Below, piece by piece: positions 54,501 to 64,000 of a stretch of 64,000 nucleotides of DNA. The notes beneath the pieces are model-generated. The model was not told the origin of the DNA. It made no database searches and worked only from the letters and a program-made list of their open reading frames with translations. Source of the DNA: Ruditapes philippinarum (Eukaryota); NCBI RefSeq assembly GCF_026571515.1, contig NW_026859650.1:496001-560000 (forward strand), read 5' to 3'. Position numbers and translations under genes: made by a program. Positions within the stretch are counted from its first letter, which is position 1. Every line of letters begins with the position of its first letter.

Positions 54501-57500
54501 TTTCGCATTTTACAAATATGTACGTATATAACTATATTACAACACCCAGCTTGTAGATTATTCTTCGTTAATTTCCTCGCAAAATTTAAAATACGCCGGT
54601 ATTAGGTTCAGTGATTAATTGGAAAGAAATAAAAAACTTAATTCTTAATTATATAACTAAATAATATATGTTAGAAACATCCCTCATGTTATTGTATCAG
54701 TTACGGGGATTGATTTCTCACAGAAGCGGTTCTCCTGGTGCAAAAACATAACCTGACAATGATATCATCAAGATTTATTTATTTTCTACAACATAAAAAC
54801 ATGATACTGAAAGAAGAGAACTTTATTTAATTTAAGGGAAAAAAATAATCAAAAACACATTGAGTTAGTCAGGCTAGCACTTTCAATGAATTACCTCCCT
54901 TTGTGTCAATAGTGAAGTTCAAGAGTCTGAGTAACCTCCCCTTTTTTTAGACAGAACAATCAGCTACATTAAAAAAAATAAAAAAATGTTTCCTTACTCA
55001 TGGTGTTTGAAGTAATTTCAATGTCATCAAATTAAAATAAACCAAAACAAAAGCCTGAAAAACAATAATTTTTCTAACATTGTTCATTAGCTATAAATTT
55101 GATAAAAATAAAAATGAAAATCTTGAAGTCCAAATATCGGTAAAATTTCCGTTTTTCAACATGTGACACCTCTCATTCCACCTCATTTACATATGCCCAT
55201 CAACTTTGTCAGCGTACAATTTATTTCAAATTTGTCAGCCATTTTAAATAAAGTTATCAATCTGTGGAATCTGATATGTTGTGTTTGCCGTAGCTCCACA
55301 AATATTGTCACAAAACATGGCCCGTTCATACAATCAAAGCCTTGTAGCCGAACTAATATGAACGAAAATTGACGGTTTTAAGTTTCTAAATAGAGTCGAG
55401 AATTAACAAAGCTGTAATTTTTTCATCGTTAAAATCGTTGCAAGCTTTTCATTAAATGTGATCTCTTTTTCATTATCGCATGATAATGTCGAACCAAAGG
55501 GATAAATAGTTCCGTATTCGCTACTGCATGGAGTGTTCTTGTGGTTTTTACTGTACATAAGCTGTAATTAAAATGCAAAGGGTGGAAGGGAATTTAAGAC
55601 ATATGCAATGACTACGGGATTTTTTCCTCCCTACTGTACAGTATGTAACGATGATATATAAACGAGAGATATAAACACAGGGCATTGTCATCTCTTCTTT
55701 TAACGAACCGCAAAAGGAACAATGATATTTCAAGAATTCTCATTGTTAATGAAATAAAATATAAAAGTTTTGTTACCCAAAAATAATTTACCAATCCTTT
55801 AATATCGGAGATGTAATTTAGACATGTTTGAGTAATGAAAAAGATGACATATCACAATCTTTTTTTCGATACAATTCAATTGATTGACAAACACGCTTTT
55901 TTTTCCTACTAAAAAAATTTTTAAAGACAAAGCAAATGCACTGTTAATTTTAGCACTTTAAATATTTTGTAGATGAGAAATTATTTTATCATATAGCCAA
56001 AAGAAATGATTTCACAAAAACATGCAGAAATCTTTACCTTGCATAATATTCGCACAAATTTTTTGGCAAAATGTACAAACATATCCCTCAGGGTCTTCAC
56101 AAAATACCCATATAATGATTTACCTCCCTCTCTTTAAAATCAGAGTTATTGCCCCTGAAGGTAAAAACCTAACTGCAGCCACATGTTAGCTGGCTGCCGA
56201 AGAAATTCTTAATTAATCTCACCCTGGCAACGAAACAGCCCAAAATTAATCATATAAAGCTCAGAACAATAACGAACAACGTGTCTTCAGGTTGATTCAG
56301 AAATTTTATATAACAGATATATCTATGAGCATCATCAAACACTCACCTTTTATTGTATGTAGGTAATTATTAATTTATTCTTCTACTTACATACCAACAG
56401 GCTGTTTGGGCAATGGGACTTGTGCCAGTAATGTAAAAGATCTTCTTCCCATTTTAAGGGTGCCGCATATATATTCAGCAACGGTTGAGTTCGATTTAGT
56501 CATTCTGCTCAAGATAGATAATTCATCTATGAAATGTTCTTTCTTTTTTTTAATTGTATGATGAGAAAAATTAAAATTTTAATAACTAATTTGACTATTG
56601 AAGGTTTCGGTGTTAAAATGATTGCTTAGGTAACAATATTAAAGAAATAAATATTTACAAACCATTACTCTAAATGCCCCTCCACAAAAATTAAATCAGC
56701 TTTTTGTTATTTCATTTTCAGTCATTATGCAAAGTTTGAAGTGATTCTATCATCTTAAAAAAAATAATCTTAGCTCAAAAATATCTTGGTATAACTTCAA
56801 AATGTAAACATTTTTTTTTTTCTTTAAAAAAGGGGGCATAACTCTAAAAAAAATTCAAATTATTTTGCAAAAGCAACAATTATAATAGAATAACATCTGT
56901 CACATAGAATTTCAGAAATTTTGCACAATCTTGAATAAACAAGCAAATACAAATTTGAAATCAAAATTAATGAGTTGTTGTGTTCCACAGTTTTGAGTTA
57001 TCTCCCCTCTTCATTTATCTGCTCTTTTTTTTAATTTTTAATTTTTTTTTGGTCCATTAAATAAATTTATCATTTAAGATGGCAGACATGAACAAAATTA
57101 ATGTTTTAATATATAGCATAATCATTTATATAACTACAATCTTATGAAAAAAATTTTAAAAATCGCTAGAGGGCCGCTCAAAGTCAAATATTTACTGCAT
57201 CAATTTCAAAAGAATTTTTTTGGGAGGCAAAATGCATTTTCTTCCATAACATTGCAAGCTTCAAAAGATTATTGTCAAACCCACTTCCAGCAGCAGGCCT
57301 TTCACTTGACATATCGTTTCCCAGATAATGTTCATAGAAAATTAATGTAAGAAATAAATACATAATATCAAACACTTTTATTTTCCTAACATCAAAACGT
57401 TACATAAATTCTATTAATTAACAGACATGCCACAATTCTGGGAGCTTTATTGCAGCCCTATAACACTTTTGGCTATATAATAAGTATATATAAGCTAAAT

Positions 57501-57996
57501 ATATCAATTTTGTAAACTGATTATCATTGGTTGAAAATACCAGTAAATCTTTCGTAAGGACGGCTAAACATGCTATTTTACAATCAGGCCAGAAATTGTT
57601 TTGTACCAAACTCTCAAGTCGAAGATACATATGCTTTGCTGTTGCGATATCCTGGAAAAATTGAGGCAGAATGATGCTTAATTACTTATAATTTGTACCC
57701 ACAGGGATTCTCTTTTAAGATTTCACAGGATCATGTTCTTACCTACCGCTTGTTTAGCTTATAATCCGGGAATTTCTAGTGTTACGGAAAGTATATTTTC
57801 TGAAGATAAATGGGAAAAAGTAACATGTGAATTTCTTTTGATGCACACATTCATTACCTTAATCTGATGCTAAATTGACATGGAATAATGTCTGTATTAC
57901 TCTTATAGCTTATTTCTAAATTTCTAGTACATTATCTAATTTCTAATCAACCTATATCTGGAGCGAACACACTGTAATTGTAATAAAAGTGCTCGA

Positions 57997-58345
57997 GATG
58001 ATGATGATGATGATGATTTTAACAATAGTGATGACAGCTGCTGATGATGATGAAAATGATGATGATGATTATTATTTCTATGAACAAGATAATGATGAAG
58101 AAACCAACAATGTTATTTCTTTCTATAAAAGTGATGATGATGATGTTGTTTTTTCCCAAGAAAGTAATGAAGGAGAAAGTGATGATGAGGTTGATGGAAG
58201 TGATGAAAGGTTTACAGCCAATTATGATGAAAATGGTGAAAATAATGATGATATTGATAATGGTGATGATGATGATGATGATGTTGATGATGATAATGAA
58301 GAAATTAGTTATCAAGATCATCAAGAGAGTAATGATAAATATGAT
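57997..58345. repeat. Degenerate (GAT)n low-complexity tract
   Basis: gatgatgat runs generate Asp-, Met- and Ile-rich ORFs in three frames. Confidence 0.9.
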
Positions 58346-60810
58346 CTTATTTAACATTCAATAAAGGGAAGTAAATCTTGTAAATCAAACAGGAGTTTTA
58401 ATTATAGTACAGTACAAGTTATCTCCCTTCTTGGTCTATATAAATAAGTTTAAAATAATCTGACAGCTCCATAAGTACACTATCAAATACTATCTTCTAA
58501 TTTTTAATTCTATCTTTATAATGAAAGGATGTGATGATTAAAATTACATGTATTTAGATACATTTAACAATAACCCTGGTAATTTCAGTCACTGACTTGC
58601 CTTCAATTTGAAAAAGTCCATCAGAATTTATAAAAGGATTTTAAAAAAAGAAAGAAATGTACCCCAACTGTATTTGCGTAGCAAACAGTTAATTTTCTAG
58701 TCAAACAACACAGATTTATTTGATGTGGGCTCGTTTGCCCTTTACTGAGGCTTGTGGATGTGATTATTACAGCTAGCATAATGTTGAAAAGCATAGCATT
58801 TTTTAATTTTTTCTAGTAACTTAATCTCCAGGCAAAATAGCAAACAATTTATCTGAAGCACCCACTTCTTTTGTCAACAACACTATTTTTAGATGTGTGT
58901 AAACCACTTATGCTCACTGAGCCTGGATTTTTTTTTAAGACATACAAATACAAGTTCAAATACAAAATCGTTATCTTTACATTAAGCCAACAAGTTACAA
59001 ACTGTGTCATTTGTTTGAAATCTTTTAAAGATTGGTTGATAATGTCAACAATTTGTTGTTTTAAAAGCAGGATGAAATCAGTATTAACACTTCCTCTCTA
59101 GAAAATGCTAATCAGTCGGATTAGATCGAGGAAGGGCAAGAATCAATACTGGTCTGATTACATATAATTACGTATGTGATTATTTGAGTTTATCAGACAT
59201 TCACTGCACATTGTTGCCTGCTTACGCCTATAAAACAAGTCCTGCGCGTGATGATACGCAGTTGAAACTGCCTATAAAGATAACCATCTTCGGCAAGGCT
59301 TCTCTTTTTCACCATTTTAACGACTTTTCACTTTCTACAAAGATTTATTTGCAGAGTCATTATAAATTGAAAACAAGATTTTTGATGGAGGAAGATATGT
59401 GTAGTAATATGCATGATAACACAAAATAAAAAAGATTAAGCAATAAAAATAGTCCGACGTAATTTGCATTTTCATCAACATACTAACTGTGCAAGAAAGA
59501 CAACTTGCACAACCATTTATACATTTCTGACAAGAGTGAGCTCCCCTGGTTTCCATAATGCAATAAGCATGAAAAATGAAATATAACCCATACTGCCTTA
59601 CTCCAACAAGAGTAATTCCCCATAATACACTAATCAATTACATTTTGCACATTCAAAAAATAATTGCTGTAGTTATAGTAAAAGTACAATTAAATTTCAA
59701 GAATATATCATATTTCATAAATTGCCAAACTAAAAATGGAGGTAAAATTTATGCTCAATGACAACAGTACAATACAAAATTTGTATTTATTATTGTATCT
59801 ATTCAGCCTAGTTAATGACCAAAATAGCGTACACAATGGAATAGATAGAACAGATAGGAATTAAGAACCCAATGCCCCCCTACTTGGTTTTGACTTTTTC
59901 AATTAAATATCAAATATCATGTTCATAGATACTCCAGTATTTGAAAACTTGGAAACAAAAGAACTGGCAAACTTGATAAACTACAAAATCCAATATTAAA
60001 CTAGCCAAAACCTGTACCCTTTAACACCGATCCCCCCCCCCACCTCCACCATTTTTCTGCCATTCTTTATTTACACATAAAATACCATAGAACACTGAAA
60101 TTCAATTCGTATAATAGATAATAGTCAATTATGAAGCCTGTGTAATAGTGCATTAAAGCTGTACAAAAGAGTACAAATGACTTTTTGTCGTATTTCGTCA
60201 AAGAACAAAAGGAATATACGCATTAATTTAAAACATTATCTAAACAGCATGTTCAATTACGCGATAAATTTCAAACATAACTTATAATTCATCAGTTCTA
60301 CAAGGGGCAATTTGCTTATTAGTCGTTTTTGAAACTTCGACAAACGCAGCGAGTAAACATGAAAAACCCATGCACTAGCTTCGTATTCCTCTGTGATACA
60401 TTGCAATGTAATTAAATTTGATACTTTTTGAGATCTTTTCATCAACAGACCGAACATTATCTGCCACTACATCCCGTCAGTCAGAAAAAATTATGAAATG
60501 AACGAGAAATGCGCATGTAATATTTCATGACAGAGGGCCGTTGCATTTTCATTTCGCCCATTATATAATCTACTCCATAGAGGATACAATTAATCCTGGA
60601 GATAGCAAAACATATGTTGTAGTTAAGATAATTGCATCAGTCCCTGAATTATCTTTCCCAGCTATCAGTCGTCAAAACCAAAAAAAGTTGACATTTTATG
60701 ATATACTCATTTCATAAAGTTATATATATAAATATATACATACATGTATATATTTGAGTCAGCATTATTTTCATTGGTTGTTGATCCTGGCACTGTCGAA
60801 TCTAAAGTGA

Positions 60811-61070
60811 TTTGACAATTAACCCATATAACCTGCTGAATTTTGTAATGTACTACTTTGACAATTAACCGATCCATGTAATGTATTTTGACAATTAACC
60901 CATATAACCTGCTAAATAATCCACTGAATTTGTGTTATGTAGTACTACTATGACAATCAACTCATATAACCTGCTAAATTTTGTGTAGCGTATTTTGGCA
61001 ATTAATCCATATAATCAACTGAATTTGTATAATGTACTATTTTGAGAATTAACCTATTAACATGCTAATA
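60811..61070. repeat. Minisatellite, about 45 bp x 5-6
   Basis: TTTGACAATTAACCCATATAACCTGCT.AATTTTGT..TGTA repeated. Confidence 0.88.
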
Positions 61071-63829
61071 AAATACTTTAAATACAATCCCAGTATTCTC
61101 GCAATTATCAAGGACTGGTTTATAGCCCGTTTCTATAATGCTAATTATGAACAAAATAAATTTGTTATATAGATAATTTCATAAAATTTTTATAAATATA
61201 TAACAAGAATTAAACTACCATCTGAAAACTCTTTTCTGTATAACTAACAGCGTTAAACAATATTTTTATAATACTATATAAAAATAAAGATAATTTTTTA
61301 TTTAATTAATAAAATAGTAATTTCTTAGAAAACCCTCTGGCAAATAGGTGATCACTAAAACAATAACCCTCTGGCAGCGAAAGGGTTAACCCATATTACA
61401 TGCTGAATCAAGAACCTTTAAAATATCTTCAAGGACCAAAGAATCCGGCCATTATCAAGCTGACTTGAGTTTATCAACCTCTGTTAATTCTAAGCTGCTA
61501 CCATTTAATGAACAAAATGTGACTTCTTTGTTATATTGAGGATGAATTTCACTAGACATGTTATCTTTTTATCAAATCATCATCAACAAGGAAGTTAAAC
61601 TGAGCCTTTTCTGAAGACGTGCTTTTCTGTAAATGAACAGCGTTACAACAATCTTTACAAATTCATATCAATTAAGCGAGTCAAAGCAAATGTTTTCTTT
61701 CCTTTTAAATAATAAGTATTCATGAAGAAAAAGTCATAATTTCTGTCCCAAGTTGAAAAAAAAAAGTCAGTTTTTGCTCAGTCACAATGAAACAGAAATT
61801 AGTGGAACAAATATGAAGGAACGTCCCCCGTACCAGTTTAACATATATTTTCAAGGATTTAATGAAATATAAATTGCGATCATAATGTGGGAAAAATCTA
61901 TAAATTAGAAAATCTGTCATCGCTATGAAATTTGATACATCATTTAAAACCGACAAAAATCGTTGAACTTAAAATAACTTTAATTTCTAATTAGAGAAAA
62001 AAAAAATCCCCACCCTTACACTAAGAAGTGAAGCTAGATTAATATTTGACATCTTCAATCGTCAATGGCAGGTGCTTTTATTACAGATATGTTAATTGTC
62101 ATTTTCCATTTAAAAATGAACAAAAAAGCAAAAAAAAATGCCGACTCAGAAATTAAACTGTTCAAAACTTTCATTTCACGGCTATCAGATTTGATTTTTT
62201 TATTACAATAACAGACAAAGTATATCATGATTTTCTATCGGATATTTTATCTGTGAATACAATCTGTATCGAATCATATATTTATAAAATAATAAAAAAA
62301 ATATGTATATGGAAATAATCCTCGTTAATGTAAGCATAATAAAAATATGGAACATAAAACTTGTACCCGTTGATCTTGCGCGTAAAACGTACAAAAGTAT
62401 AAAAATCAGACTAAGAGCTAATTACAATGACATCATTTGACTTTCTTAACATTAATGGGGAATATATTTGAATATTTAAGTAATTAAAGTTTTGCGTAAA
62501 ATACCATCGCAATTAATTTAATGGCTTTTTCACTTTTTCATTGTCATACAAATTTTTTCATCTCCTGTTTTTACAGATTACTTAAGCGCAAAAATGTGAC
62601 ATTGTTCTGTTAACTGTAGAATAATGACATGACATGGCAGAAGATTTTTTCCCCCGTCTTCTCTTCGCAAAAAAAATGACCATGCCTTGCAACTATAGTA
62701 ATGTTGTCATTTGTAATTTATTTCTTATACAGAGACGAAAGACAACCTGAAGCTAAAGATACAAACATAGAACAAGAAAGAGTTAACAATGAAATGATAT
62801 TTCAATAGGTACAGTCTTAGCACGGCCTGTGTCCGTTTACACGCTGTCAGCTCGAGGACGCGCTCATGAATTCTAACAAAAAATCCCTCAAATTACACCT
62901 CAAATTAACAATTTCGACACTTTCACTTTTAAAATCAAAGTACCTTACAAAGTAATTACAAAAAGAAAATAAAAAAGGTCAAGGTCGTGGGATTTGACCT
63001 GTATTGTGTACTTCAACTCAAAATCCATCATCCATAGCCCACCTTTAACTTTTATTCAAAAATAGGAGATATAAAATTAATATATACTATGTATCATTAA
63101 TATTTTTTCTTAATATTGGCAACAGAATGACACGTACAACAAAAAACCCTGCTAAAATTCTCAGAATTGTTCAAAGGAATTTTTAAACAACACATGATGC
63201 TGTGTTGTACATAAGAGATAATACAGTAGTAAGCCTCGGAATGTTAATGATTTCTCTAGCCTTTCTAATGTTATGATTCATTTAGTTTTTCCTTTCTGCA
63301 ACGAACCTGGGGAAAAAAAGTATCTGGGAAACACATAATAAACTGTACAATCAATAAACTCATTCAGGGCAGGGTATTTATAATATAGGAAAGAATGGGA
63401 GAATGAAATTATCATCAAGGTTAAATTCCTCCACTCATTCATGTGGAATCGTTCAAACTCCCGCAGTGGTTACTTCCCCTGATCCATACTGAAACCATTG
63501 CCATAACAAGTAGAAGTTCGGTCAGTGACTATGAGAGTTTGGTATGCGTTATTGTAATATACTTCCTATCATTCTGTTTTCTTTCATTGAATTATTATGC
63601 TTATTGTCCACAAAGACATTGGACCCTTTAAATCTACCCTATAAGATGATCCAGCCAAAATGCTATTTGACATCAATAAACAAACATTAAAATAAACCTG
63701 TGCTTTCACTTTTATTATTAATAATGTATAGTACATTATTCACTTTAATAATTAATATTGTATAGTACAGTATACATGTACACCAGTATACATAATACAC
63801 CACTGCTGACGGCATTATAAGATTGATAT

Positions 63830-64000
63830 AAAGAATAAAGGGATATAACGAATAAAGGTAAATATGGCAATTAAAGATATGGATTAACAGGATATATGGA
63901 ATAAAGGGATAGACAAAATAAAGGGATATAGAAAATAAAAGGAATATATGGGATAATATACAGGTTGAAGGGCTATATGGGATAAAGGGATATATATACA
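63830..64000. repeat. Degenerate minisatellite of about 17 bp (GAATAAAGGGATATATG), running to the window edge
   Basis: About ten recurrences of ataaagggatata-like units. Confidence 0.8.

Noticed and set aside
54991-55005. Minus-strand CACCATGA|GTAAGG as an NR1J first coding exon
   Set aside because: Phase 1, incompatible with the phase-2 acceptor at 14772.
57989-58364. Asp-rich, Met-rich and Ile-rich ORFs of 106-121 aa
   Set aside because: Three overlapping frames of one degenerate (GAT)n tract, with no splice or domain support.

Overview
AT-rich, intron-rich animal genomic DNA. The repeat families resemble those of bivalve molluscs (inference from recalled consensus patterns, not a database result). 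The one intact protein-coding gene is a minus-strand nuclear receptor of the NR1J (HR96/DAF-12/NHR-8-like) group. It is assembled from exons 14544-14772 (zinc finger 1, P-box CESCKAFF, absent from the ORF track), 5152-5318 (zinc finger 2 and hinge) and 3461-4334 (whole LBD), plus a probable 11-nt first coding exon at 32492-32502, giving about 426 aa. The rest is intronic or upstream DNA with SINE, MITE and Helentron-like fragments, minisatellites, a complete 1.57-kb PIF/Harbinger-type non-autonomous element (18054-19619) and a 5.0-kb TIR element (41173-46197). That 5-kb element is the best candidate for an undescribed system: it has dense palindromic subterminal arrays and carries a decayed spliced coiled-coil plus BEN-domain gene, with no visible transposase. 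An intronic 74-bp tandem repeat inside the receptor gene is also rich in nuclear-receptor half-sites.
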